Of a DNA stretch of 64,000 nucleotides, positions 17,683 through 26,698 are shown piece by piece. The stretch's first letter is position 1, and each line of letters opens with the position of its first letter. Under the pieces are notes generated by a model that saw only the letters and a program-made list of their open reading frames with translations, did no database searches and was not told the origin of the DNA. Both the position numbers and the translations under genes were made by a program. Source of the DNA: an uncultured Actinomycetes bacterium (GTDB lineage: Bacteria; Actinomycetota; UBA4738; HRBIN12); NCBI GenBank assembly GCA_964535065.1, contig CAZHRY010000001.1, positions 43,159 through 107,158 on the forward strand, written 5' to 3'.

Positions 17683-18864
17683 GTGAGCGGTTCGCTGGAC
17701 TTCCTGAAGGAGGAGCTGGCCAAGCTGGATGCAGCCGGTCTGCTCCTGCATCCCAGGACGCTCGAAGGCCCGACAGGCGCGCGCGCCGTGTTCGACGGGA
17801 GGCCGGTGATCAACCTGGCTTCGAACAACTACCTCGGTCTGGCCGGGCATCCGCGGATGAACGAGGCGGCCGCAAGGGCCGCGGCCGAGTTCGGCGCCGG
17901 TACGGGAGCCGTCCGGACGATCGCCGGAACGATGACCATGCACAGGGAACTGGAAGACAGATTCGCGGCTTTCAAACATGCGGAGGCCGCGTTGATGTTC
18001 CAGTCCGGGTTCACGGCGAACTCGGGGACGGTCGCCGCTTTGCTGTCCAAGGGAGACGTCATCGTGTCGGACCGGCTCAACCACGCCTCGATCATCGACG
18101 GCGCGAGGCTCTCCAGGGCCCAGATCCGGGTCTTCGAGCACAAGGATGTCGAGCACGCCGACCGACTCCTCTCGGAGGCGGCGAGCGAGAACGGGCGCCG
18201 CCTGCTGATCACCGACGGCGTCTTCTCGATGGATGGTGACATCGCCCCGCTCCCCGCGCTCGTGGATGTGGCGGAACGCCACGGGGCGATCATGATGGTG
18301 GACGACGCTCACGCATCGGGTGTACTGGGAGCCGGCGGCGCGGGGACGGTCGATCACTTCGGCCTCCACGGGCGCGTGGACATCCAGGTGGGGACCCTTT
18401 CCAAGGCGATCGGCGTGCTTGGTGGCTTCATCGCCGGGCCGGCGCACCTGATCGAGTGGCTGCAGAACCGGGGCCGGCCCTACCTGTTCTCGACCAGTGC
18501 CCCGCCCGCCGTGGTCGCTGCCTGCATGGAGGCGCTCGAGATCATCCGCGACGAGCCCGAGAGGCTGGAGCGCCTCTGGTCGAACACGCGCGCCTTCAAG
18601 GAAGGCCTGCACGCCCTGGGGTTCGACACAGGCATGAGCGAGACTCCGATCACGCCGGTGATCACGGGCGATGAAACCGCGACCCAGCGTTTGGCCGCTC
18701 GGTTGTTCGAGGAAGGTGTGTTCGCCCCGGCGATCGTCTATCCGACCGTGGCGCAGGGTTCGGCCAGGGTGCGGACGATCGTGACCGCGAACCACACCGA
18801 AGACGACCTGGGCCAAGCCCTCGAGGTGTTCCGCACGGTCGGTCGGGAGCTAGGCCTGGTCTAG
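17683..18864 (+). CDS. kbl: 2-amino-3-ketobutyrate CoA ligase (glycine C-acetyltransferase)
   Basis: ANNYLGLAGHP, LNHASIIDGARL, DGVFSMDGD, MVDDAHASG and TLSKAIG (PLP-binding Lys) are collinear with E. coli Kbl. GTG start with a GGAGGTGA ribosome-binding site. Confidence 0.85.
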   Translation: MSGSLDFLKEELAKLDAAGLLLHPRTLEGPTGARAVFDGRPVINLASNNYLGLAGHPRMNEAAARAAAEFGAGTGAVRTIAGTMTMHRELEDRFAAFKHAEAALMFQSGFTANSGTVAALLSKGDVIVSDRLNHASIIDGARLSRAQIRVFEHKDVEHADRLLSEAASENGRRLLITDGVFSMDGDIAPLPALVDVAERHGAIMMVDDAHASGVLGAGGAGTVDHFGLHGRVDIQVGTLSKAIGVLGGFIAGPAHLIEWLQNRGRPYLFSTSAPPAVVAACMEALEIIRDEPERLERLWSNTRAFKEGLHALGFDTGMSETPITPVITGDETATQRLAARLFEEGVFAPAIVYPTVAQGSARVRTIVTANHTEDDLGQALEVFRTVGRELGLV

Positions 18865-18867
18865 GCG

Positions 18868-19557
18868 TCAGTGAGCCGAGAGCTGAGACTGCAGCCCCGC
18901 CAGCAATAGGTCGAGCCCGAAGTCGAATTGCTCGTCGGGGTCGCAGTCGGCCATGATGGCGAGCGAGGCGGCAAGCGCCGGGAACTCGTCCACAGGGAGG
19001 GAGCGGGCGAGTTCCCGGGCGGATGGAGTGTCGCCCCGGAAGGCGGAGGAGCCGAACATCTGCCCGACCTCCATCATCACGAAGCCCATGATGTAGCCGC
19101 CGAACACGTGGAAGGCCTTCACCGTGTCGAGCTGGTTCAGGCCGAGCCGGCCCAGGATCTCGAGCGCGATCTCAATGGGGATCAGCGCCTTCGGATCCGA
19201 AAGCGGTTTCTGCCTCTCGGCGAACAGCGACATCACGTTGGGGTGAGACTTCAGGATCCGCCGCCACTCATGGGCGATGTCGCGTGCGCTGGCGTACAGG
19301 TCAGCCTGATCCTCGGGTAGCTGGAAGTCCCTCATGACGCAGGAGCACACGCCGTCGAGGAGGTCCTCCTTGTCGCGAACGTGGTTGTAGAGGGACATGG
19401 CCTCCACGCCGACCTCCCGGGCGACGCGGCGCATCGTCACGGCGTCGAGGCCCTCCTCGTCCATGATCTTCATGGCGGCCTGGATGATCTTGTCCTTGGT
19501 TAGACGCCCGCGGACCGGAGGGGCATCCGAGCCCCTGGGTTTCGTCCTGTATGGCAT
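18868..19557 (-). CDS. TetR/AcrR family transcriptional regulator
   Basis: HTH region KIIQAAMKIMDEEGLDAVTMRRVAREVGVEAMSLYNHVRDKEDLL. Start chosen at MPYRT, which has an AAGGAAG ribosome-binding site. Divergent from the MMPL gene. Confidence 0.8.
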   Translation of the reverse strand: MPYRTKPRGSDAPPVRGRLTKDKIIQAAMKIMDEEGLDAVTMRRVAREVGVEAMSLYNHVRDKEDLLDGVCSCVMRDFQLPEDQADLYASARDIAHEWRRILKSHPNVMSLFAERQKPLSDPKALIPIEIALEILGRLGLNQLDTVKAFHVFGGYIMGFVMMEVGQMFGSSAFRGDTPSARELARSLPVDEFPALAASLAIMADCDPDEQFDFGLDLLLAGLQSQLSAH

Positions 19558-19597
19558 ATCGTGGCTTCCTTGAGATCGGGGTTGACTCACTTACGGC

Positions 19598-19639
19598 GTA
19601 TGTATATCCTCACGTACGTTGTAAGCATACACTGTACAT
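19598..19639. promoter_or_regulatory. candidate TetR operator / divergent promoter region (TGTA-rich, ACGTACGT and TGTAAGCATACA near-palindromes)
   Basis: The sequence tatgtatatcctcACGTACGTtGTAAGCATACactgTACAtc lies in the 126-bp gap between the TetR gene and the MMPL gene. Confidence 0.3.
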
Positions 19640-19683
19640 CAAATAGCCCGAGAACTCTTGCTTAGGAAGGGAAGGGGGGCATC

Positions 19684-22020
19684 ATGAGGATCGATCCGGA
19701 GTCGCTGGCCAGGGCCAGCAGCCGGCATCCCTGGCGGGTGATCGCCATCTGGGTCTTGATCGTGACGGGGCTTGGTTTCGTGTCGGGCAGGTTCCTTGGC
19801 GGAGCCCTGACTAACGACATCGCCTTCACGAACGAGCCCGAGTCGATCAGGGCGATGGACCTGATCGAAGAGAAGGTCACCGGGGAGCAGCGCGATACCG
19901 AGTTCATCATCGTGAAGAGCTCGTCGCTCGCGGTGGAGGATCCCGCGTTCCAGGAGTACGTGCAGAAGGTCCGAGAAGAGGTACTCGCGCTCGGCGAGGA
20001 GGTCGTGGCGCCGCCGCCCGAAGGGCAGCAGTCGAGCATAGTGACCGTCTACGACCTTCGGGCGGCGGCGGACGCCGCCGAGACACCCGAGGAGCAGGTG
20101 GAACTGGAGCGCCAGGCCGACCAGCTCGTGTCGTTCGACGGTAAGGGAACCCTGATCCCCGTACCGATCGTGGACATCGAGAGCGACACGATCGAGGAGC
20201 TCCGCGGAGTGGTGGACGAGCAGCCCCAGGATGGCTTCTCCCTCCTGCTCGCAGGCCAGGGCACGCTCCAGGACGACTCCTTGGAGGTGGCCGAGGAGGA
20301 CCTGCGGCAGGGCGAAGGCATCGGGTTGCTCTTCGCGCTCGTGGTTCTAGTGGTCGTCTTCGGCGCGATCATCGCAGCCCTCCTTCCCGTGAGCATGGCG
20401 ATGGTCTCGATCCCGATCGCGCTGGGTCTGGTCGCGGGCATCCACGAGGTGTTCGACGTCAAGTTCAGCGTCTTCACCTCCAACATCGCATCGATGATCG
20501 GACTGGCCGTCGGTATCGACTACGCCCTTTTCATCGTGGCGAGGTACCGCGAGGAGAGGATGAAGGGGTTCGACAAGCACGGGGCGATCGCGGCCAGCGG
20601 CGCCACAGCTAGCCGTGCCGTGTTCTTCAGCGGGCTGACCGTTGTGTTCGCACTTCTCGGTATGTTCATCCTGCCCACCACGATCTTCCGCGCGATGGCG
20701 ACGGGCTCGATCTTGGTGGTCCTGGCCTCGATCGCCGCGACACTGACCCTGCTGCCCGCAGTGCTCTCGCTGTTCGGAGACAGGATCAACTGGCCGAGGT
20801 TCACGAAGCGGGCGCGCTTGGAGGGCCACCACGACCCTCAGGGCGGGTTCTGGGATCGCTTCACCCGGACGGTCATGGCCCGGCCCGTGGTGTTCATGCT
20901 TGGAGCGGTTGTGCTGCTCGCCGCGCTGGGGAGCGCGTACTTCACCATCGACAAGGGCACCACGCAGAGTGCGGCCACGCTGCCGGACGAGGTCGAGTCC
21001 AAGCAGGCGTTCCTGTCGCTGGTCAACGACTTCGGACTAGGCGGCCAGACGCAACCTGTGCAGATAGTGGTGAAGGCGCCTTTCGAGGACCAGGTGACAC
21101 AGCAGGTGGTATCCGAGATCCAAGGCGGGATCGCTTCGATCGGCGCTCTCTCGCCGGAGAGCACCGTGCAGCCGGCGCCCGATGGCTCCTTGGTCGTGGT
21201 GAACGCCGTGCCCTCTGGCGACGCCTTCTCTCAGCCCGTGTTCGATGCTGTGGAAGCTCTCAGGGAGGACGTCATCCCCGCTGCCACCGAAGGGACGGGG
21301 ATCGAGGCTCTCGTCGGCGGGCAGCCGGCCATCTTCACCGACTTCCTGTCGCAGGTGGACACCTACCAGCCGTGGGTGTTCGCGCTGGTGCTGAGCCTGT
21401 CGTTCCTGCTGCTCACGATGGTGTTCCGGTCGATCGTTGTTCCGATCAAGGCGGTCATCATGAACCTGCTGTCCGTGGGCGCGGCGTACGGCGCCATCGT
21501 GCTGGTCTTCCAGCACGGCTGGGGGATCGGCATCTTCAACGCCCTCGGCTTCAAGTTCCAGCAGGTCGAATCGATCGAGGCGTGGCTGCCTCTGATGCTG
21601 TTCTCGATCCTGTTCGGGCTTTCGATGGACTACCACGTGTTCCTCCTCAGCCGAGTCAAGGAGGAGTACGACAAGACTGCAGACAACGACGAAGCCGTGG
21701 CGTACGGGCTGAGGACGACGGCTGGGATCATCACCGGCGCAGCGATCATCATGGTCGTGGTGTTCACGGCGTTCGCCGCCGGGCGGCTGGTCCCGCTGCA
21801 GCAGATGGGTTTCGGTCTCGCCGTCGCGGTGTTCATGGACGCCACCATCGTCCGGTCGGTACTGGTGCCTTCCACGATGAAGCTGCTCGGCGACCGGAAC
21901 TGGTACCTTCCGAAGTGGCTCCAGTGGCTCCCGAACCTGAACATCGAAGGCCACGAGCCCCCGGTTCCGGTGGTCGTTCCCGAGCCGCCGATAGCCGTCG
22001 TGACCGAGATGGCCGACTGA
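19684..22020 (+). CDS. MMPL family (RND superfamily) transporter
   Basis: 778 aa with two blocks of transmembrane helices. YALFIVARYREE and DYHVFLLSRVKEE motifs typical of MMPL. GGAAGGGGGG ribosome-binding site. Confidence 0.85.
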   Translation: MRIDPESLARASSRHPWRVIAIWVLIVTGLGFVSGRFLGGALTNDIAFTNEPESIRAMDLIEEKVTGEQRDTEFIIVKSSSLAVEDPAFQEYVQKVREEVLALGEEVVAPPPEGQQSSIVTVYDLRAAADAAETPEEQVELERQADQLVSFDGKGTLIPVPIVDIESDTIEELRGVVDEQPQDGFSLLLAGQGTLQDDSLEVAEEDLRQGEGIGLLFALVVLVVVFGAIIAALLPVSMAMVSIPIALGLVAGIHEVFDVKFSVFTSNIASMIGLAVGIDYALFIVARYREERMKGFDKHGAIAASGATASRAVFFSGLTVVFALLGMFILPTTIFRAMATGSILVVLASIAATLTLLPAVLSLFGDRINWPRFTKRARLEGHHDPQGGFWDRFTRTVMARPVVFMLGAVVLLAALGSAYFTIDKGTTQSAATLPDEVESKQAFLSLVNDFGLGGQTQPVQIVVKAPFEDQVTQQVVSEIQGGIASIGALSPESTVQPAPDGSLVVVNAVPSGDAFSQPVFDAVEALREDVIPAATEGTGIEALVGGQPAIFTDFLSQVDTYQPWVFALVLSLSFLLLTMVFRSIVVPIKAVIMNLLSVGAAYGAIVLVFQHGWGIGIFNALGFKFQQVESIEAWLPLMLFSILFGLSMDYHVFLLSRVKEEYDKTADNDEAVAYGLRTTAGIITGAAIIMVVVFTAFAAGRLVPLQQMGFGLAVAVFMDATIVRSVLVPSTMKLLGDRNWYLPKWLQWLPNLNIEGHEPPVPVVVPEPPIAVVTEMAD

Positions 22021-22027
22021 AGACATG

Positions 22028-22047
22028 GGGGGCGCCCGCGCGCCCCC
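22028..22047 (+). terminator. GC hairpin (gggggcgc-ccgc-gcgccccc) followed by C7/C6 tracts downstream of the MMPL gene
   Basis: 8-bp perfect stem with a 4-nt loop starting 8 nt after the MMPL stop. No U-tract, which is typical for high-GC actinobacterial terminators. Confidence 0.45.
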
Positions 22048-22082
22048 GCCCCCCCGCCCCCCACAAGCTGTAGCCTCACGCC

Positions 22083-22991
22083 GTGGGGACCGAACACGAC
22101 GCCGTTAGACGCGCCCTCGGCCAGGTCGGTGCCTGGACGTTCGCTTTCGATTCGAGGAAGGCCGCCCAGGTGGCTGCGGACGCCCGCGAGATCGAAGGCC
22201 TCGGCTACACGGCGCTCTGGGTGCCAGAGGGCGGAGGCTCACGCGACATCGTGGGGCACCTGTCGTTCCTGCTGTCGTCCACCGACAGGATCACGGTGGC
22301 CAGCGGGATAGCCAACATCACCGCCCGGCAGCCCGAGGTCCTGCAGGCCGGCGCCACGCTGCTGGCCGACGCGCACCCGGGCAGACTCGTTCTCGGCGTC
22401 GGAGTGGGTCACGAGTACACGACCGAGCGCCGTGGCTTCGGGTGGGACCGGCCCGTAGCTCGCACGCGCGCTTACCTGGACCAGATGGACGCCGCCGCCG
22501 AGACCTGGCCGGTTCCCGAGCCGCCGGTCAGAAGGTTGCTGGCGGCGCTCGGCGACTCGATGCTCCGGCTTTCGGCCGAGCGCGCCCTGGGGGCGCACAC
22601 CTACTTCGTTCCACCCGAGCACACAGCGCGTGCGCGTGGAGTCCTAGGACCCGAGCCCGTGCTGGCCGTGGAGCTGACCGTCGTTCTGTCGCCGGATCCC
22701 GAGCAGGCGCGCCGCATCGCTCGGGCCTGGACGGTGCACTACCTCGAACTTCCCAACTACGCGAAGAACTGGATGCGCCTGGGTTTCTCCGAGGAGGACG
22801 TGGCCGGCGCCGGCAGCGACCGCCTCGTGGATGCCGGTGTGGCATGGGGGAGCGTCGAAGACGTGAGCGCCCGGGCCCTGCAGCATCTCGACGCCGGCGC
22901 CGACCACGTCTGCATCCAGGTGATCTCGGACGACGACACCGACGTGTGCCTTCCCCAGCTCGGTGAGCTGGCTGCAGCCTTGATCGCCTAG
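22083..22991 (+). CDS. LLM-class F420-dependent oxidoreductase (luciferase-like monooxygenase family)
   Basis: N-terminus LGQVGAWTFAFD...EIEGLGYTALWVPEGGG is typical of TIGR-type LLM F420 oxidoreductases. 302 aa. Confidence 0.75.
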   Translation: MGTEHDAVRRALGQVGAWTFAFDSRKAAQVAADAREIEGLGYTALWVPEGGGSRDIVGHLSFLLSSTDRITVASGIANITARQPEVLQAGATLLADAHPGRLVLGVGVGHEYTTERRGFGWDRPVARTRAYLDQMDAAAETWPVPEPPVRRLLAALGDSMLRLSAERALGAHTYFVPPEHTARARGVLGPEPVLAVELTVVLSPDPEQARRIARAWTVHYLELPNYAKNWMRLGFSEEDVAGAGSDRLVDAGVAWGSVEDVSARALQHLDAGADHVCIQVISDDDTDVCLPQLGELAAALIA

Positions 22992-23638
22992 AGGCCCAGC
23001 CGCTCCCGGACGGCGTCGCTCCTCAGCTCTCGTAGGACGTCTCGCGCCACCCACCTGCCTCCTCTGGAGCCGGAGCGCACGGCCTCTGCGAGGATCCTCT
23101 CTGCTTCGGCGGCTGCGGCTCCGTTCAGCGCTCGGTTGCGCTTGCCGATCTGCCGCAGGGCCCAGCTCACCGCCTTCTTCACCTCGTTGCGCTCGTCCAT
23201 CGCGGCGCGCCGGATAACAGGGAAGAGCCGGGTGAAGGCTGCGTCCTTCGCCGCCTTGTCGCCCACGGCTCGCCTGGCGATCATCGCGAACGCGCATCTT
23301 CTGACGAACGGCTCTTCGCGCTTGGCCCAGTCTCGGATGGCGGCGTCACGGTGCGGCGTTGACGCGAACAGGTCGGCAGCGAAGTCGCCCACGTCCCACG
23401 AGTCGATGTCCTTGACCCAGGAGTCCATCTCTCGCCGTAAAATCGACGACGGATCGGCGACCAGCGTGGCCAGCATCCTCGCCTCGTGCACCCCGGACCT
23501 CCAGAGAGCCAGCGCGAGGGTGTGGTCCTGTCCGGCCCGCTTGGCTATGCGCCTGATGTCCGGCACCGACACGCCTAGGGCCCGGCTCACCTCGATGCCG
23601 ACATGCGCCATGCCCGGTTTGCGCGACGGGTCGGACAC
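22988..23638 (-). CDS. DNA alkylation repair protein (AlkD/AlkC-like HEAT-repeat family)
   Basis: Has WxR/W and helical-repeat motifs (RMLATLVADPS...WDVGDFAADLF...VRRCAFAMIARRAV...KKAVSWALRQIGKRN) consistent with the DNA_alkylation family. Convergent CTAG overlap with the LLM gene. Confidence 0.65.
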   Translation of the reverse strand: MSDPSRKPGMAHVGIEVSRALGVSVPDIRRIAKRAGQDHTLALALWRSGVHEARMLATLVADPSSILRREMDSWVKDIDSWDVGDFAADLFASTPHRDAAIRDWAKREEPFVRRCAFAMIARRAVGDKAAKDAAFTRLFPVIRRAAMDERNEVKKAVSWALRQIGKRNRALNGAAAAEAERILAEAVRSGSRGGRWVARDVLRELRSDAVRERLGL

Positions 23639-23746
23639 GGCCCGTAGTGCGGCGAGCGCCTCTCATGCTTGCACCGCCGTTCAGCCTACCGGCGCGCCTG
23701 GGAACATCAGGGCGTGCGATTCACCGATGGTTCCCGGCGAGCCCGG

Positions 23747-24115
23747 ATGGCGATGGCCGTCGACGGGGTGGCGCTAGCACTCTTCGTCGTGACCGGCTCG
23801 CGCTTCCACCAGGACGCCACCCCGCTGGCGGTCTTCCTGAGGAATGCCGTGCCGTTCGGCGGCGCGTGGCTGTTCTTCTCTGCGATCCTCGGCACCTACC
23901 GGCCCGTGAGCTGGGGCGGGTTGCTCAAGACGTGGGCCGCCGTGGTGCCCATGGGCTTGATCCTGAGGGCGGTTTGGATGGGTGCGCCTCTCGGGCCCTG
24001 GAACAGATCATTCGTCATCGCTGCGGCGGGATTCACGCTCGCGTTCCTGGTCGGGGGACGGCTGCTGCTGTCGGTGGGGATCCGTAGGCGACCTTCCAGC
24101 GGGAGGCAAGGATGA
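23747..24115 (+). CDS. DUF3054-family small membrane protein
   Basis: MAMAVDGVALALFVVTGSRFHQD... with 3-4 transmembrane helices. Its stop overlaps the next ATG (ATGA). Confidence 0.55.
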   Translation: MAMAVDGVALALFVVTGSRFHQDATPLAVFLRNAVPFGGAWLFFSAILGTYRPVSWGGLLKTWAAVVPMGLILRAVWMGAPLGPWNRSFVIAAAGFTLAFLVGGRLLLSVGIRRRPSSGRQG

Positions 24116-25563
24116 CGCCGAAGATACCGTCCCCGGGCGCGGCCCGGAGCTTCTGGCTACAAGAGGCCCTGGCGCACGATCCAGGCGACCCCTGCCCTCC
24201 CTTGAACTCTCACGTCAAGGCGGACGTGTGCATCGTCGGGGGAGGATTCGCCGGACTCTGGACGGCCGTCGAGCTGACGCAGCGGGAGCCGGGTCTGCGC
24301 GTCGTGTTGCTGGAGCAGGACATAGTGGGAGGGGGAGCCAGCGGACGCAACGGCGGGTTCATGTCGTCCTCGTGGTGGGACCTCTCGGGGCTGACGGGGC
24401 TGTACGGCGACGAAGAGGGGCTCCGGTACGCGACCGTCCTGGCGGATGCCGTCGGTGAGGCCGGGAGCTGGATCGAGGCCAGCGGCATCGACTGTTGGTT
24501 CCACCACGAGGGAGTGGTCGGAGCGCTCACGGGGGAGTGGCAGAAGTCGATCGGCCACGGCTCAGACCCCTTCTGGCATTGCGAGAGGCTCGGCGTGCCG
24601 GACCGCATGGTGCGTCTCTCGGCAGAGGAAACGCGTGCCTACGCGGATTCGCCGAGGTTCGTGGGGGGCTCGTTCATCCGTGACAGCGCCATCTGCCAGC
24701 CGGCGCGACTGGCGAGGGGGATGCGCCGAGTTCTCCTGGAGCGGAACGTCAGGATCTTCGAAGGGACCAAGGCCGCCGGCGTGGAGGACGTGCGTGGAGC
24801 CGCCGTGATCCGGACCGGGGAGGGGGCGGTCAAGGCCGATCAGGCCGTACTGACGGCCGGCTCATGGGCTGCCGAGTGGCCGGCCTTCCGCAGGAGCTTC
24901 GTCGTCGTGGCCGACTACGTGGTTGCGACCGAGCCGATCCCCGAGAAGCTCGAGCGGATCGGCTGGACCAGCGGCGTCGGCATAGGGGACGGCCGCGAGT
25001 GGCTCTACTACCTCCGGCCCACCGATGACGGCCGGATCGTGATCGGCGGCGGGACGGGCCGGGTGGCCTTCGGGAACCGGGCGGGGGCTCGTTCGATGAC
25101 GCACGTCGAGCGGGTGGCCAAGGTGGCGGCGGAGGGCCTGCTGTGGATGTTCCCGCAGCTCGAGGGGACGAGGTTGACGCACGCCTGGGGCGGGCCGATG
25201 GACATGAGCGCGACGCTCGTGCCTTTCTACCGGAGCCTGGCGCCGGGCAACGTGCACGCGGGTCTGGGGTTCAGCGGCCACGGCTTGACCCAGACGATGG
25301 TCGGCGGGCGGATCTTGGCCTCGAAGGTCCTGGGGGTGAAGGACCGGTGGACGCAGCTCGCCGTCAACCGTCCTGAACTGGCGAAGGTGCCGCCGGAGCC
25401 GTTCAGGTGGCCTGCGCTGGAGCTGTCGGCTCGGGCGCTGCGGATGGGCGATGTCAGGGAGGAAGCGGGGCGGCCGCGCGGGCGCCTGCTGGAGATGATC
25501 GGGAGCGCTCCCCTGGCGTACCGTGAGCGACTCATGGGGCGCCCGCGCGGCCGCCCTCAGTAG
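24112..25563 (+). CDS. FAD-dependent oxidoreductase (DAO family; PuuB / gamma-glutamylputrescine oxidase-like)
   Basis: Dinucleotide-binding motif CIVGGGFAGLWTAVEL. 483 aa. Confidence 0.75.
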   Translation: MTPKIPSPGAARSFWLQEALAHDPGDPCPPLNSHVKADVCIVGGGFAGLWTAVELTQREPGLRVVLLEQDIVGGGASGRNGGFMSSSWWDLSGLTGLYGDEEGLRYATVLADAVGEAGSWIEASGIDCWFHHEGVVGALTGEWQKSIGHGSDPFWHCERLGVPDRMVRLSAEETRAYADSPRFVGGSFIRDSAICQPARLARGMRRVLLERNVRIFEGTKAAGVEDVRGAAVIRTGEGAVKADQAVLTAGSWAAEWPAFRRSFVVVADYVVATEPIPEKLERIGWTSGVGIGDGREWLYYLRPTDDGRIVIGGGTGRVAFGNRAGARSMTHVERVAKVAAEGLLWMFPQLEGTRLTHAWGGPMDMSATLVPFYRSLAPGNVHAGLGFSGHGLTQTMVGGRILASKVLGVKDRWTQLAVNRPELAKVPPEPFRWPALELSARALRMGDVREEAGRPRGRLLEMIGSAPLAYRERLMGRPRGRPQ

Positions 25564-25568
25564 CTGCC

Positions 25569-25835
25569 TCAGTAGCGGTCGTCGCGCGGGCCGGGCAGCC
25601 CGCCGGGCTCCCTTCGCGCGTGGGGTTCACCCACGTGGATCCGGGTCTGCCCTGCAGGCGGCTCGAGGCGCTGCGTGACTCGCTCCAACTTCCTCCTCAG
25701 CGCGTAGACGGCAAGCGTCCCCAGCACTACGGCCGTCAGAACGGCCGTCAGAACGATGAAGGCGACGGCCTTGAGCACGGCGCCGAGCACGCCTGCGATG
25801 GCCGCCAGCAGAAGCAGGAATAGGATCACGACCAC
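25569..25835 (-). CDS. hypothetical small membrane protein
   Basis: GTG start (VVVILFLLLLAAIAGVLGAVL...) preceded by a GGAGGA ribosome-binding site with a 7-nt spacer, immediately after the hydrolase stop. Two hydrophobic helices then a charged tail. Confidence 0.3.
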   Translation of the reverse strand: MVVILFLLLLAAIAGVLGAVLKAVAFIVLTAVLTAVVLGTLAVYALRRKLERVTQRLEPPAGQTRIHVGEPHARREPGGLPGPRDDRY

Positions 25836-25839
25836 GCGG

Positions 25840-26688
25840 CTATCCTCCCACGCCGGCCGCGAATCGCTCGATGCGCGCGGCCAGTGCCCGGGGATGTTGG
25901 AGGGGCAGGTCGTGCACGCCCTCCATCCACTGCACGCGGATCGGTGAGCCCCGGAGCCGGTGCGCCGCCCGCTGCTTGGCTTCGGCGAAGCCTTCGCCTC
26001 CGCTCCTGGCGAGGATCGCGAGGGCCGGAACGCGTAGGCCGGGGTACAGGCGCGTGGGGTCGTGTTCCCATATGGCCCTGAGGATCCTGAAGTGGTTCGC
26101 TCTCGACAGACGCGGACGGATGTGGCCACCGCTCTGATGCATCACCGAAAGAACGATGCGCTCGACCTCCTGCGTGACCTCGAAGGGCAGGAAGCGGGGG
26201 ATCCGTTCCTTGAAGTCCTCGACGCGCATCCCGGCAAGCTGCGGCGGGGCCAGTTCTTCCTTGGCCTCGTTCCACGTGGTGAAGTCGTCGCGCATCCGGA
26301 ACACGCCCCCATCCACCATCACGAGCCCCGAGACGAGCCGGGGTTCGCGAGCCGCGAGTTCCAAGGCGACCATGGCTCCCCAGGAATGACCGACGACGAC
26401 GGGCTTGTGCAGGCGCGAAGCACGGATCACCGCCACGGCGTCATCCACCACCGGATCGAAGCCGTAGCCGGATGAGGGCTTGCCGCTGAGGCCGTGTCCT
26501 CTCGCGTCGAACGTCACCACGCGACGTCGCCGCGATAGTCGGGGAAGGGCCAGGTCCCACACGTGTTGGGTGGACGCCAGGCCGTGCATCAGGAGGAGCG
26601 GTGGGTCCTGGGTCGGCGGGCGATCCACCTTTCGGACCGCCAGCTTCACACCCCCGCGTCCGAGCACCTCGCTCCAGGTCTCGTTCAT
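25840..26688 (-). CDS. alpha/beta hydrolase fold protein
   Basis: LLLMHGLAST oxyanion region, nucleophile elbow VVGHSWGAM (GxSxG), 283 aa from the internal ATG MNETW. The ORF-track extension to 26886 overlaps the divergent SDR gene and is rejected. Confidence 0.7.
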   Translation of the reverse strand: MNETWSEVLGRGGVKLAVRKVDRPPTQDPPLLLMHGLASTQHVWDLALPRLSRRRRVVTFDARGHGLSGKPSSGYGFDPVVDDAVAVIRASRLHKPVVVGHSWGAMVALELAAREPRLVSGLVMVDGGVFRMRDDFTTWNEAKEELAPPQLAGMRVEDFKERIPRFLPFEVTQEVERIVLSVMHQSGGHIRPRLSRANHFRILRAIWEHDPTRLYPGLRVPALAILARSGGEGFAEAKQRAAHRLRGSPIRVQWMEGVHDLPLQHPRALAARIERFAAGVGG

Positions 26689-26698
26689 ACTCCTACCG

